Source: Candidatus Nomurabacteria bacterium (GTDB taxonomy: Bacteria; Patescibacteriota; Saccharimonadia; Saccharimonadales; VXPC01). Taken from it: a stretch of DNA of 64,000 bases. The position numbers and the translations under genes are program-made. The notes under the pieces are model-generated. The model made no database searches. It was not told where the DNA came from and saw nothing but the letters and a program-made list of their open reading frames with translations. The stretch's first letter is position 1, and the number at the start of each line of letters is the position of its first letter. Location: assembly GCA_020631905.1 (NCBI GenBank), contig JACKGQ010000001.1:613854-677853 (forward strand), read 5' to 3'. This document shows positions 9,234 through 19,674 of this stretch, one piece after another.

Positions 9234-9905
9234 TTAGACGACTGGCCAATTATTTACGATATTTTCAATATAATCGAGAATTTTTTCGTTGCTAGGTAGG
9301 TTATTATTGGCGTAGTAATGGCTAGTCGTAAAAAACATTGGTACAGCCCTAATAATCTCGAGTCTATCTGCAATGATATGAAGCCTATCTACCGCTTCAA
9401 CACTACAAATTGGCGTCGCTAAGATTAATTTCTTGATTTTTATATCATGCAAATAGTCGGCAGCTGCTTGGAACAAATTACCGTGCTTTACGCCATCCGA
9501 GACTACAATTACAGTTTTATTTCTAAAAAATTTTTTATCGAGCAAATTGTTCTTACCGCCCAACACATGCATATCGTGAAGCGCAGCCAATTTGCTTAGC
9601 TCTATCGTGCCTTGATATTCGATCATTAGGTCTTCGAGAGCTCCAATCGAGATACTTTTATTTATTGTAAACTTTCCCGAGTCAGCAATTGTGCCGATAG
9701 TTGTTAGTCCATCAGGCAAACCAATCGCTTTTGTCATAATCAGTGTAATCAAACAGTGTAGCTTTGAGGCTATTTGGGCCGCCACAATTACTGATCCTTC
9801 ACTGACAGCAAGTACGGTAACGTCTGTGTTTGAGATGTCGCTCAAGCGCTCGGCTAGCGACTTACCTGCTTCAACTCTAGATGCAAAATATGGATTATTT
9901 GCCAT
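9234..9905 (-). CDS. predicted phosphoribosyltransferase (COG1926-like)
   Basis: The N-terminus FASRVEAGKSLAERL and the PRPP-loop-like KTVIVVSDGVKHG match the putative PRTase family. Confidence 0.7.
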   Translation of the reverse strand: MANNPYFASRVEAGKSLAERLSDISNTDVTVLAVSEGSVIVAAQIASKLHCLITLIMTKAIGLPDGLTTIGTIADSGKFTINKSISIGALEDLMIEYQGTIELSKLAALHDMHVLGGKNNLLDKKFFRNKTVIVVSDGVKHGNLFQAAADYLHDIKIKKLILATPICSVEAVDRLHIIADRLEIIRAVPMFFTTSHYYANNNLPSNEKILDYIENIVNNWPVV

Positions 9906-10015
9906 AGTTTACGAGTATACAGCAGTTAGTTGTGTATAACTTACAAAAATTCCCTCTTAAAGAGTTTTTTTAAGCTTATGTTTTAGCTATACTCATAGAT
10001 GTAAAAAGGAAAAAA

Positions 10016-11215
10016 ATGAAAATACTAATGCTTGGGTGGGAGCTACCACCCTATCATAGCGGTGGACTAGGCATCGCTTGCTACCAGTTGTGCAAGGGGC
10101 TTGCTAAAGCTGGCGTTGGTATTGAGTTTATTGTTCCTTACGAAGCCGAGCACAACATAGACTTCATGAAAGTTACATCTGCGACTAAAGTTGCTGTCGA
10201 AGAATTTGCACTAGCCCTTGGTGCATATACTACGGAGCGCTCTGCACAAATATCTCTTATGCCGATGAGTTTTCAGAATCTATTCGAACAGACGCAAAAT
10301 TACGCTCGAAGTATTGATCACGTAGTTAAAATGGCTGAGTTCGATGTAATCCATGCTCATGATTGGCTGACTGTTAGCGCAGCACTTCGCGCCAAGGCTA
10401 TTAGTGGCAAACCCTTGATTATGCATTATCACGCTACCGAGTTTGATCGTACTGCTGGTAGTAGAGGCAACGAAATGGTCCATGAAATTGAGCAAATGGG
10501 GCTCAGCATGGCAGACTTAGTAATTACTGTTAGTGAGTACACAAGACAGCTTGTCATTAATAATTACGGTGTTGACCCCGATAGAGTTAGAGTCGTTCAC
10601 AATCGAATCGATGCCGATATGTACGATCTCGCTGATCGCAAAAACAGTTACCCTGCTTTTGAGCAACTTAAAAAAAGTGGCTTCAAGGTGGTTTCTCATA
10701 TCGGTAGAATTACGATTCAGAAAGGTTTATGGAACCTTCTGCATGCTTTTGAGCAAGTTGTCGATAAACGTCCAAAAACACTCCTGTTAATGGCCGGTAA
10801 CGGAGAACAGATTCGAGAGTTACAGGTGTTGGCGGCCGATTTAGGGATAGCGCAAAATGTTTTTTTTACCAATAAGTTTGTTGGAGGAACAGATTGGTCG
10901 AGTGCGTTTAAACAAACTGATTTATTTTTATTACCAAGCGTAAGCGAGCCCTTTGGCTTAACACCTCTAGAAGCAGCTTTATTTGGAGTACCGAGTTTAG
11001 CCACACGCCAATGCGGGGTTACTGAAATATTCAAGAATTGCCTCAAAGTAGATTATTGGGACGAAAAAGAAATGGCTAACCAAATAGTTTCGGCACTTAA
11101 TTCCGATAGTTTGCTCGAAGTTTTAACTGCCAATGCCATGCTAGAAGTTAAACAACTTACATGGCACGCAGCAAGTGAACATTTTATTGATAGCTATGAG
11201 GCGGTTCTAGCATGA
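10016..11215 (+). CDS. GT4 glycosyltransferase (glycogen/alpha-glucan synthase-like)
   Basis: The N-terminus MKILMLGWELPPYHSGGLG and the C-terminal EPFGLTPLEAALFGVP (E-x7-E type) were seen in the translation. Confidence 0.85.
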   Translation: MKILMLGWELPPYHSGGLGIACYQLCKGLAKAGVGIEFIVPYEAEHNIDFMKVTSATKVAVEEFALALGAYTTERSAQISLMPMSFQNLFEQTQNYARSIDHVVKMAEFDVIHAHDWLTVSAALRAKAISGKPLIMHYHATEFDRTAGSRGNEMVHEIEQMGLSMADLVITVSEYTRQLVINNYGVDPDRVRVVHNRIDADMYDLADRKNSYPAFEQLKKSGFKVVSHIGRITIQKGLWNLLHAFEQVVDKRPKTLLLMAGNGEQIRELQVLAADLGIAQNVFFTNKFVGGTDWSSAFKQTDLFLLPSVSEPFGLTPLEAALFGVPSLATRQCGVTEIFKNCLKVDYWDEKEMANQIVSALNSDSLLEVLTANAMLEVKQLTWHAASEHFIDSYEAVLA

Positions 11216-12417
11216 GCAATATAGTCTTGTACTTGCATGCTCATCAGCCTTACAGAGTTAGACATTACACTATTTTTGACGCTGGTAAATCGAGTGACTA
11301 TTTTACCGCCCCTGTCGGATCCAGAGAGTCTAATCGCGATATTATTAACAAAGTCTCCGAAAAGTCATATCTACCAACCAATAAGGTCTTACTACACCTT
11401 CTGACCACTGTCCCAGAATTTAAACTAAGCCTTTCTATAACTGGCACGTTGCTAGAACAGCTTAGAGACCATCGACCAGATGTACTAGCCTCTTTTAAGG
11501 CTCTAGTTGATACTGGTAAAGTAGAAATAGTCGGTGAAACGTATTATCACTCTTTGGCATTTTTCCATGATCGTCAAGAATTCGAACGCCAAGTAGAGGC
11601 TCATTCTCAAATATGTGAAGAATTACTAAATTATAAGCCACATTCTTTTCGTAATACTGAGTTAGCCTATAATAACGAGCTAGGTAGCTGGTGCGATAGC
11701 AAGGGGTACGAAGCTGTAATAACCGAGGGCTGGGATCCAGTCTTAGGCTGGCGAAGCCCGAACCACATGTACCGTCCGCTAAATGCGACCAAGACAAAGC
11801 TATTGGTAAAAAATTATCACTTAAGCGATGATATTGCCTTTAGATTTGGTAATCAAACATGGTCTGAGTGGCCGATGAGCGCTGATAAGTTTACTTACTG
11901 GATTCACGAAGGTTCACCAGATGCAGATATCATTAACTTGTTTATGGATTTCGAAACGTTTGGTGAGCATCAGTGGCAAGAGAGTGGCATCTTTGATTTC
12001 TTAACACATCTTCCGTCTAAGTGGGGTCTAAAAGAAGGCTCTGGTTTTATGACAATCAGCGAAGCAGCCAGAACTTATGAGGCAAAAGACGAGCTTGATA
12101 TTCACAATACAATCACTTGGGCAGATACCGAACGAGATCTTACGGCTTGGCTAGGCAATACTATGCAGACTCAAGCTTTTGACGCAGTCTACGCTCTTGC
12201 TGAATCAGTATTAGCCTCGAACGATCAATCGATCATAGATGATTGGCGTAAACTTCAAACTAGCGATCACTTTTACTATATGTGCACAAAATACTTTAAT
12301 GATGGAGATGTACACGCCTACTTTAGTCCTTACGAATCGCCATACGTTGGCCAAATGAACTACATGAACGTGCTCCTGGATGTAAAAAATAGACTCTCGC
12401 AAAAGGGTTTATTATAG
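11212..12417 (+). CDS. glycoside hydrolase family 57 protein
   Basis: The N-terminus LYLHAHQPYRV and FMDFETFGEH are hallmarks of GH57. The start overlaps the GT4 stop. Confidence 0.85.
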   Translation: MSNIVLYLHAHQPYRVRHYTIFDAGKSSDYFTAPVGSRESNRDIINKVSEKSYLPTNKVLLHLLTTVPEFKLSLSITGTLLEQLRDHRPDVLASFKALVDTGKVEIVGETYYHSLAFFHDRQEFERQVEAHSQICEELLNYKPHSFRNTELAYNNELGSWCDSKGYEAVITEGWDPVLGWRSPNHMYRPLNATKTKLLVKNYHLSDDIAFRFGNQTWSEWPMSADKFTYWIHEGSPDADIINLFMDFETFGEHQWQESGIFDFLTHLPSKWGLKEGSGFMTISEAARTYEAKDELDIHNTITWADTERDLTAWLGNTMQTQAFDAVYALAESVLASNDQSIIDDWRKLQTSDHFYYMCTKYFNDGDVHAYFSPYESPYVGQMNYMNVLLDVKNRLSQKGLL

Positions 12418-12420
12418 TTC

Positions 12421-14349
12421 ATGGCCAGACCAGTTTGTTTATCAAATGGGTCATTGTTCATAGGCTTAAATAAATTTGGCTTAGTTGATGATATCTATTT
12501 TCCGTATGTTGGCCTAGAAAACCTTAAGACCTCTAGACTAATCCCTCATAAAATTGGTGTATTTGTTGATGATAAATTCAGCTGGCTAGATGATGGTACC
12601 TGGGAAGTGTCTTTGAAATATGAATACGGAACTATGGTTTCTGAAATCGTATTTTCTAACGAGAAGCTAAATCTCGAAATACAAGCCAACGACGCTGTAG
12701 ACTACGACGAAAATGCCTTCATGCGAAGCATAAAAGTAATCAATAAACTAAACCGTCGTCGTACAGTTAAGGTATTCTTGCATCAAGTATTCCAAATTAG
12801 TCGAAATGGCCGGGCCGATACAGCATTTTATGTACCTGATGGTAACTATATATTTGACTATAAAGGCCATACAGCAATTATTGTTTATAGCCATAACGAT
12901 GGTTTGGCATTCAACGAATTTGCTGTTGGTAATTATGCGATAGAAGGTAAAAGTGGAACTTTTAAAGATGCAGAAGATGGCGAGCTTTCTGGTAACTTAG
13001 TTGAGCACGGTGGGATTGATTCGGTAATAGCACACAGTTTAGACCTTGGTCCTCAGGAATGGCAAAAAATTGAGTATTGGCTAGCTTTTGGTGACACTCA
13101 GCAAGATGCGTACCGCGTGCACCAGCGCATATTGGACGATTCGCTCGAGGGTAGGCTTAATGCAACTCGAACAAATTGGCACCAGTGGTTAACTAAGGCT
13201 AGCGATAATTTACCTGTAAAACTTAGTCAGACAGAAAAAGAAAATGCCTTGAGTTCTTTACTGACCATTAAAGCCCATATAGATAAAAACGGTGGGATAA
13301 TTGCCAGCGGAGATAGTAGTCTCTACAACTATGGTCGTGACTATTACGCATATTGTTGGCCTAGAGATGGAGCGTATTCTTTGTGGCCTTTGATTAAGTT
13401 AGGTTATTTCGAAGAAGCGCGTAAGTTTTTTGATTTCTTTGCCCAAGTCATGCATCCAGACGGTTATTTACAACATAAATATCAAACCGACGGTGCTTTC
13501 GGAAGTACTTGGCATCCACAGGTTCAGGAACATCATAAAGAGCTCGCTATTCAAGAAGATGAAACAGCCATAATACTATTAATGATTGCCGAATATGATA
13601 TGTACAGCCAAGACGCAGACTATTTTATGCAGACGTTCAATCGATTCGTCAGGCCGTGTGCAGAATTTTTAGCAAATTATATCGATAGCGTCACGCATCT
13701 TCCCCACCCCAGCTATGATTTATGGGAGCAAAAATTCCTTTCAACAACCTATACTTCTTATCTCGTGTCTGCTGCCTTGCGTCGTATTGCTGAAGTAACA
13801 GAAAGATATTACCAAGATGAGGCGACATCACGTTGGCTAGAAGCATCGGCTATTATCGAGAAGAATTTGGACAAATATTATGATCGTGACTTAGGCTATT
13901 ACATAAAAGGCTTTAAAATACAGGAGAACGGAGAATATCTCTACGATAAAACACTTGATGCCAGTAGCATATATCCATTATTCACATTTTCTAAACAGTT
14001 GGAAAATCAATCACATTTAACAAAGTCTGCCGACGCTATAGAGCGCCAGTTAATGAACGGTTCGCTTACTGGTGTTGCAAGGTATACTGATGATGATTAT
14101 TTACGTAACAACCCAAAAGACTCCGGAAATCCATGGTTCATTTGCACATTTTGGTATGTGCAATACCTTGCCAAAACTGGACATATAGAGAGAGCCGAGA
14201 AATTACTGGAGTGGACTAGTCAACGTTTCGGTGCGAATGGGATGATTAGTGAACAAATCGACCCGAAAACATCCAAACAACTAGGCGTTGGTCCACTAAT
14301 ATGGAGCCACGCTGAGTATATAAACTGTTTGATCTTACTACGTAATTGA
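12421..14349 (+). CDS. glycoside hydrolase family 15 (glucoamylase/glucodextranase-like)
   Basis: It contains YAYCWPRDGAY and a C-terminal (alpha/alpha)6-type region (WFICTFWY, GMISEQID). Confidence 0.85.
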   Translation: MARPVCLSNGSLFIGLNKFGLVDDIYFPYVGLENLKTSRLIPHKIGVFVDDKFSWLDDGTWEVSLKYEYGTMVSEIVFSNEKLNLEIQANDAVDYDENAFMRSIKVINKLNRRRTVKVFLHQVFQISRNGRADTAFYVPDGNYIFDYKGHTAIIVYSHNDGLAFNEFAVGNYAIEGKSGTFKDAEDGELSGNLVEHGGIDSVIAHSLDLGPQEWQKIEYWLAFGDTQQDAYRVHQRILDDSLEGRLNATRTNWHQWLTKASDNLPVKLSQTEKENALSSLLTIKAHIDKNGGIIASGDSSLYNYGRDYYAYCWPRDGAYSLWPLIKLGYFEEARKFFDFFAQVMHPDGYLQHKYQTDGAFGSTWHPQVQEHHKELAIQEDETAIILLMIAEYDMYSQDADYFMQTFNRFVRPCAEFLANYIDSVTHLPHPSYDLWEQKFLSTTYTSYLVSAALRRIAEVTERYYQDEATSRWLEASAIIEKNLDKYYDRDLGYYIKGFKIQENGEYLYDKTLDASSIYPLFTFSKQLENQSHLTKSADAIERQLMNGSLTGVARYTDDDYLRNNPKDSGNPWFICTFWYVQYLAKTGHIERAEKLLEWTSQRFGANGMISEQIDPKTSKQLGVGPLIWSHAEYINCLILLRN

Positions 14350-14351
14350 GG

Positions 14352-14555
14352 CTATTTTTTACGAGGTTTTACTTCGTTTCGACCAAGATTTTTCTTTGTT
14401 TCTTTATACTCGACTACTTTACGGGCTACAGGGTCGTACTTATTCAATACCAGAGGTTCTGGTGTATTTAGAGTGTTCTTTTTAGCATAGCGTCGATGGC
14501 CAGTGACCTGACTTACAAGACCGACCAAAACTCTTTTTGACTTAGATTTTGCCAT
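14352..14555 (-). CDS. rpmG: 50S ribosomal protein L33 (Cys-free type)
   Basis: The translation MAKSKSKRVLVGLVSQVTGHRRYAKKNTLNTPEPLVLNKYDPVARKVVEYKETK follows the E. coli-type L33 pattern. Confidence 0.9.
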   Translation of the reverse strand: MAKSKSKRVLVGLVSQVTGHRRYAKKNTLNTPEPLVLNKYDPVARKVVEYKETKKNLGRNEVKPRKK

Positions 14556-14745
14556 AACAGGGGTGTATTGTAACAGATGAAGTAGATTTGGGCAATAAGA
14601 TTTATGGACTAATAATTGTCATCGATAAAGCAGTCCGCCGCAAAACTATTTTTTTTGGAGTGTGAGATACAAAATTATCTATAAAACTGAAAATCTGGCC
14701 ACTTACCCAGCCAGATTCAGGTTATGATCGTTTTTCAGTATGACA

Positions 14746-14820
<75 letters not shown>

Positions 14821-14836
14821 AAATTTAACTCGAATA

Positions 14837-15451
14837 TTGTATCATATAATCATGATTGTATTAGATATCGAGACGAGTGGTTTAGACCCGCAAAAACACG
14901 GAATACTTAGTATTGGAGCTATCGATTTAAGATTTCCAAGTCGACGTTTCTATGAAGAAGCCAGGCTTCACGATAACGAAGCATATGATCCAGAGGCCGG
15001 CAAGATAAATGGTATTTCAGAAGTAATGGCACGCGATAGATATAAGCAATCACGTCAAAGTTTATTACGAAATTTTGCTGAGTGGTACGAGTCTCGGCCA
15101 GTAAAAGTAATCGCTGGCCTACATATTCAAGCCTTTGACGTCCCCTTTTTAAGTGTCAAAGCCGAACAGTCTAGAGTTGCCTTAGTATTACGCAAGCGAA
15201 GTATTGATTTGCACAGTTTAGCTTATGCAAAAATGCTCTCGCTAGGAAAGGTTATACCTTTAACAAATGGCTGGAGCGTTATGGATACGGATTTCATTCA
15301 CCCATTTTGTGGTTTACCTAAAGAACCTCGTCCACATAATGCCTTGCACGGAGCGATGTGGGAAGCAGAAAGTATGCACAGACTAATCTACGGTAAGCCG
15401 TTACTAAAAGAATTTAGCCAGTACACTATACCAGTGTATTTAATAGAATAA
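14837..15451 (+). CDS. DEDD-family 3'-5' exonuclease (DnaQ/epsilon-like)
   Basis: It has the ExoI motif VLDIETSGLDP and a C-terminal H..A motif (HNALHGAMWEAE). The start may be the ATG at 14852. Confidence 0.8.
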   Translation: MYHIIMIVLDIETSGLDPQKHGILSIGAIDLRFPSRRFYEEARLHDNEAYDPEAGKINGISEVMARDRYKQSRQSLLRNFAEWYESRPVKVIAGLHIQAFDVPFLSVKAEQSRVALVLRKRSIDLHSLAYAKMLSLGKVIPLTNGWSVMDTDFIHPFCGLPKEPRPHNALHGAMWEAESMHRLIYGKPLLKEFSQYTIPVYLIE

Positions 15452-15475
15452 CCACCTATTGAGGTGGTTATATCT

Positions 15476-15561
15476 TGGTGCAGGGTGTAGGATTCGAACC
15501 TACGAAGGCATAAGCCAACAGATTTACAGTCTGTCGTGTTTGACCGCTTCACTAACCCTGC
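15476..15561 (-). tRNA. tRNA-Tyr (anticodon GTA), long variable arm
   Basis: In the reverse complement the acceptor is GCAGGGT/ACCCTGC, the anticodon stem-loop is ACAGA-CTGTAAA-TCTGT and the T-arm is GTAGG-TTCGAAT-CCTAC. CCA is encoded. Confidence 0.92.
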
Positions 15562-15604
15562 ATGTAAAAAAATGATATTAAAAGATTGCGTATCGGCATG
15601 ATAC

Positions 15605-15680
15605 TGGAGCCGGTGGAGGGATTCGAACCCACGACCCTCTGTTTACAAAACAGATGCTCTAACCCCTGAGCTACACCGGC
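15605..15680 (-). tRNA. tRNA-Thr (anticodon TGT)
   Basis: The reverse complement reads GCCGGTG..TCTGT-TTTGTAA-ACAGA..TTCGAAT..CACCGGC-T-CCA. There is one T.T mismatch in the T-stem. Confidence 0.88.
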
Positions 15681-15726
15681 TTGATAGTCTAATAAAGACC
15701 GCTAAATAGTAGCAAAAAATCACCCA

Positions 15727-16380
15727 CTAGACAACGGCTTTACTTGGTCTTTTTATCCGCTTATGCTGTCCTGGTGGCAAGACATGTGATTTTAATTTTG
15801 ACTCAATATTTTTTTGATCTTCATCTCTTCCTAGCGTCTGATATGCTTTCGCTAGTAGACTTAAGCTTTCTGGATTTGGTTCGAGCTCAACAGCTTTTTC
15901 TAACTCAATTGTCATTTCTGTTGGTTTGCCAAGTCTTTCAAGCACTTTGGCCAAAGCAATGTGACGAGTAGCCAGACTATCTTCTAGCTCTATGGCTTGT
16001 TCAAAAGCAATTCGAGCTTTTTCATATTGCTCTGTTTCAAAATATATTAAACCCAGATTGTGTAATCCGCTCGCAGTCCGCTCTATTGTTGTGGCGATTT
16101 CAAAACAATCAATCGCATCATCAAATTCTTTTTGCTTAGCATATAGTATGCCTAATCGGTTGTAAGCTGCTGCATTTTTTTCATCTATTTTTAAAATAGT
16201 TAACAAGGCTTTTTCGGCCCTCAAAAATTTACTTTCGCGCATACCTTCTTGGGCTACATCCCATAATCTTGCCATCCTGCTTCCAATTTTGTGGGGAACA
16301 TCATCATGCCCGCTATCTGGTCGATACACAGAACGTAAGGCCATGGCTGCGACTAGTAGTAAAATTAATAACTCGTACAT
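15727..16380 (-). CDS. tetratricopeptide-repeat protein with N-terminal membrane anchor
   Basis: Repeated TPR-like A..YN.LG..Y....F..A...FE.A units are present (AAAYNRLGILYAKQKEFDDAIDCFEIA, etc.). Confidence 0.8.
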   Translation of the reverse strand: MYELLILLLVAAMALRSVYRPDSGHDDVPHKIGSRMARLWDVAQEGMRESKFLRAEKALLTILKIDEKNAAAYNRLGILYAKQKEFDDAIDCFEIATTIERTASGLHNLGLIYFETEQYEKARIAFEQAIELEDSLATRHIALAKVLERLGKPTEMTIELEKAVELEPNPESLSLLAKAYQTLGRDEDQKNIESKLKSHVLPPGQHKRIKRPSKAVV

Positions 16381-16398
16381 TAGTTGTATTATACCAAT

Positions 16399-17226
16399 TT
16401 AGATATTTAATGACATGCTCAGAGCTGCAAGTTTTGGGTTTAATCCTGACTCGACTTGCTTATCTAAGGTATTTAAAACGCGTGTTCTGGCTTGCCATTT
16501 CGAAAGTTCAGTCTTTTTATCGTTAGCTGCATATATCCGCATATAAGCGTTGCAAATTCTAAGCATGCCTTCGAGAAGAGCTTGAATTCCTTCTCGGTCT
16601 ATCTTCATTGTCTCTGCAATTCGAGTTTCAATATTTTTACTCATAAAGTCTTTGGCTTGATTTATTTGTACTACGATTGGTGAATCAGTGTTTTCTAAAA
16701 TATTACGCATTGTTCCAGGCCAACCATCAGCCATATGTAGACTTTGATTAAAATCTGAGTCCGAGTAGCTTGCAAAGACAGTTCTTAAATCATCAATCGC
16801 AGGGCGTTTTAACTTTACAATAAAACATCTCGAGGCAATTGTTGGCAAAATTCTAGACATATCAGACGTCGCCAATATAAAGTGAGTTGATTTTGGTGGT
16901 TCCTCGATTGTTTTTAGTAGTGTATTTTGGGCTTCGATGTTTAGTTTGTGAGCATCATCGATAACAACTAATCTAGGTTTTTGTGTGTTGGCACGGGTCA
17001 CTGATAGTTGTTTAAGTAATTGTCTAGACGCCTCTACTGTGAACTCGCTCATCCTAATAATTTCGCCAGGACGTTCTTTGCCGGCATATATACTGTGTAC
17101 TACGTAATCTATAGCCATGCTTAGGCCGCTTCCTTTAACGCCAACAATTAGTAAATTGCCGTTGGGTTTGCCTGCAAAACTAGACAGTAGCTCATGAACC
17201 GTATCGTGCAAGGCGTAAGATTTCAC
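16399..17226 (-). CDS. holB: DNA polymerase III delta' subunit-like
   Basis: It carries VVIDDAHKLNIEAQNTLLKTIEEPP and SRC (IASRCFIVKL) motifs and a degenerate P-loop (GVKGSGLS). Confidence 0.8.
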   Translation of the reverse strand: MKSYALHDTVHELLSSFAGKPNGNLLIVGVKGSGLSMAIDYVVHSIYAGKERPGEIIRMSEFTVEASRQLLKQLSVTRANTQKPRLVVIDDAHKLNIEAQNTLLKTIEEPPKSTHFILATSDMSRILPTIASRCFIVKLKRPAIDDLRTVFASYSDSDFNQSLHMADGWPGTMRNILENTDSPIVVQINQAKDFMSKNIETRIAETMKIDREGIQALLEGMLRICNAYMRIYAANDKKTELSKWQARTRVLNTLDKQVESGLNPKLAALSMSLNI

Positions 17227-18104
17227 GTTAAGTAGTCCTTAAATTCTTTAGGTAGTGCTGCTGTAAAAGTTTTTTTGTGGCTGTCAGTCGGGTAGTTTAT
17301 TGTTAGTTCAGCCGCATGTAACATTAATCTTGGTGCCTCTAAACTACTATCGTATAGGTTGTCGCCTGCTATCGGGACTCCAAGACTTGCCATATGAACA
17401 CGGAGTTGATGGGTTCTCCCGGTTTTCGGCTTAAGGCTTAAAAGCAACAGACTGCCCGTATCCTCAAGTATCTCGAACTCAGTCTGAGCTTCCTTGCCGT
17501 TTGGATCGACCTTAAACTGCGATGGTTTACGCAAGTTTCTACCTATGGGTTTATCTATGAAGCCTTTTTTGGGAAGGTCTACATGAGGCACGATTGCAAA
17601 ATATGTTTTTTCGACTAAGCGCTTTTCGAATTGTTGCTGTAGATATGCGGCTGTTGTTGAGTCTTTTGCACAAACTAGTAAACCACTAGTAGCCCGATCT
17701 AATCGATGAACTATACCTGCCCGCATATCGGTGATTCCGGCTTTATGTAGTTTGGTACGTATACTAGAAGCCACGGAAGGTTCATCCCAATACTTTCCCC
17801 TAGAGTGTGTAATAACCCCAGAGGGTTTGTTGATAACAATGATATGTTTGTCTTCATAAACCGTCTCCAGATCAAGCTCAGGTATATTTTCTAATTGTGT
17901 CATGTCGTAATCTAATACAAGTAGCCCGGTTTGACGTAATTTATAACCGCAACTAACAGGCTGATCATTAAATTTTAGACGGTTTTCTTTGGCAAGTTTC
18001 TTAATAAAACTTCGACTGAGCATCGGAAAATTTCGTGAGATTACATTATCTGCACGTAAATTTTTGTCATCAATGGTTATATTGATTATCTGTTTAGTAG
18101 CCAT
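17223..18104 (-). CDS. rluD: RluA-family 23S rRNA pseudouridine synthase with S4 domain
   Basis: It contains the catalytic motif HRLDRATSGLLV and HQLRVHMASLG. Confidence 0.88.
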   Translation of the reverse strand: MATKQIINITIDDKNLRADNVISRNFPMLSRSFIKKLAKENRLKFNDQPVSCGYKLRQTGLLVLDYDMTQLENIPELDLETVYEDKHIIVINKPSGVITHSRGKYWDEPSVASSIRTKLHKAGITDMRAGIVHRLDRATSGLLVCAKDSTTAAYLQQQFEKRLVEKTYFAIVPHVDLPKKGFIDKPIGRNLRKPSQFKVDPNGKEAQTEFEILEDTGSLLLLSLKPKTGRTHQLRVHMASLGVPIAGDNLYDSSLEAPRLMLHAAELTINYPTDSHKKTFTAALPKEFKDYLT

Positions 18105-18225
18105 TTAACCTCGCGTAGTTTGATGTAGCTTGGCTACATCAGTACACAATATTATATTAACATTTATTACAGCGTATCTAAATTTGTAGACTTAAACAAC
18201 CAGACGACATTAGAACGATCTAGCA

Positions 18226-18262
18226 TACAAAAAGGTCTCTCGATGTAACAGAAAGACCTTTT
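18226..18262 (-). terminator. intrinsic terminator after rpsI
   Basis: On the minus strand the stem is AAGGTCTTTC...GAGAGACCTT with one mismatch, followed by TTTTGT. Confidence 0.6.
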
Positions 18263-18283
18263 GATTCTGTAGTCTGTGATTTT

Positions 18284-18682
18284 TTAGCGTTTTGTGAATT
18301 GGCGTTGTTTGCGTGCGCCTTTAAGACCGAATTTCTTACGTTCTTTAGCTCGAGGATCTCTTCCGAGTAAATCTGCTCGTCGAAGTGTGCTTTTTTGATC
18401 CTCATTCATGCTGGCCAAGGCCATAGCGATGCCCAATTTAATCGATTCTGCCTGCCCATGGTGTCCGCCACCAGATACTTTAACGGTAACGTCAAACTGG
18501 TCTGCTTTATCTAGAACCTTAAATGGTAGACTAAGTTCTTTTAAAAGCAATTCGCTTTCTGCAAAGTATTGAGAGGCTGGTAAGTCATTTACCACTATGC
18601 TGCCCTTACCGCTCATTACTCTAACCCTGGCTGTTGAACTTTTTCGTCGACCAGTTGCGTAGAAATATGTATCTTTAGCCAT
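18284..18682 (-). CDS. rpsI: 30S ribosomal protein S9
   Basis: The translation ends ...KFGLKGARKQRQFTKR, with GGG.GQA in the middle; both are typical of S9. Confidence 0.97.
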   Translation of the reverse strand: MAKDTYFYATGRRKSSTARVRVMSGKGSIVVNDLPASQYFAESELLLKELSLPFKVLDKADQFDVTVKVSGGGHHGQAESIKLGIAMALASMNEDQKSTLRRADLLGRDPRAKERKKFGLKGARKQRQFTKR

Positions 18683-19119
18683 TATTTAGCTCCAATCGGG
18701 TAATTTACTGGTTTTTGAGCAGCGTGCTTGTGCTCTGTTCCGGCGTAGATTTTTAGTCTTTCTATACGTCCATCTGCTAGCTTATTCTTAGGTAACATTC
18801 CTCTTACCGCAGCTTCGATAACTCGTTCAGGCCGTGTAGTTAATACTTCACCAGCAGTTACTTCTTTTAAGTTACCCGGAAAACCACTATGTCGGTAGTA
18901 CTTTTTATCAGTTAGCTTATTGCCAGATAGTCTAATTTTTTCGGCATTTATCACCACCACAAAGTCTCCACCATCTGTATGCGGTGTAAATGTCGGCTTA
19001 TGTTTGCCACTTAAGAGTGTCGCTACTACTGTTGCCAGTCTACCTAAAGATATTCCGGAGGCGTCAACAATCAGCCACTTACGTTTAACTTCTGTAGATT
19101 TCTGTGAATATGTCTTCAT
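18682..19119 (-). CDS. rplM: 50S ribosomal protein L13
   Basis: [26 protein letters not shown] is the L13 signature. Confidence 0.97.
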   Translation of the reverse strand: MKTYSQKSTEVKRKWLIVDASGISLGRLATVVATLLSGKHKPTFTPHTDGGDFVVVINAEKIRLSGNKLTDKKYYRHSGFPGNLKEVTAGEVLTTRPERVIEAAVRGMLPKNKLADGRIERLKIYAGTEHKHAAQKPVNYPIGAK

Positions 19120-19673
19120 TATCGGTTACCTCGTCTACCCGTTCTCTTGCCAGCAGTTTTGGCATCACTGGCGTGTAGGCCAGACTGAGTTGCAGTTCTC
19201 TTGGCCGCTTCAGGTGCGCTAGCAGTTTTCTTTGATTTTGCATTAAGCTTTGGTGTGTCAACTGCAGGTAGATTATCTGTCTCTACTTTTTTCGCTACAG
19301 GCGCGACATTAAGTTCATCTACAAATGTAACTGTAGCCATTGCAGCATTGTCACCACGACGACCCATCAAGTCTTTATCAATTCTTAGATGACCACTGGT
19401 ACGTTTTGTAAGTTTTGGAGCGATTTCGTCTACTAATTTGTGGGCGCTTGCTGGATTGGCTAGTTTAGCAATAACTTGACGACGCGAATGTAGATCACCT
19501 TTTTTTGCTTTGGTGATTAGCTTTTCAGTGTAAGGAACTACTTCTTTTGCCTTAGGCAGAGTTGTTTTGATACTACCTCGTTCAATCAAAGCGCTGGCCA
19601 AACCTTTCAGTAGAGCTCTGCGCTGATCCCTTTCTCGGCCGAATTTACGACCCTTATATCCGTGACGATGCAT
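19119..19673 (-). CDS. rplQ: 50S ribosomal protein L17 with ~65-aa basic/Ala-rich C-terminal extension
   Basis: Translation from the internal ATG at 19673 begins [25 protein letters not shown]. The longer frame would overlap the rpoA stop. Confidence 0.93.
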   Translation of the reverse strand: MHRHGYKGRKFGRERDQRRALLKGLASALIERGSIKTTLPKAKEVVPYTEKLITKAKKGDLHSRRQVIAKLANPASAHKLVDEIAPKLTKRTSGHLRIDKDLMGRRGDNAAMATVTFVDELNVAPVAKKVETDNLPAVDTPKLNAKSKKTASAPEAAKRTATQSGLHASDAKTAGKRTGRRGNR

Positions 19674-19674
19674 C

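Noticed and set aside
18220-18405. A 61-aa minus-strand ORF overlaps the 3' end of rpsI.
   Set aside because: It lies out of frame inside rpsI and its terminator hairpin, and has no independent support.
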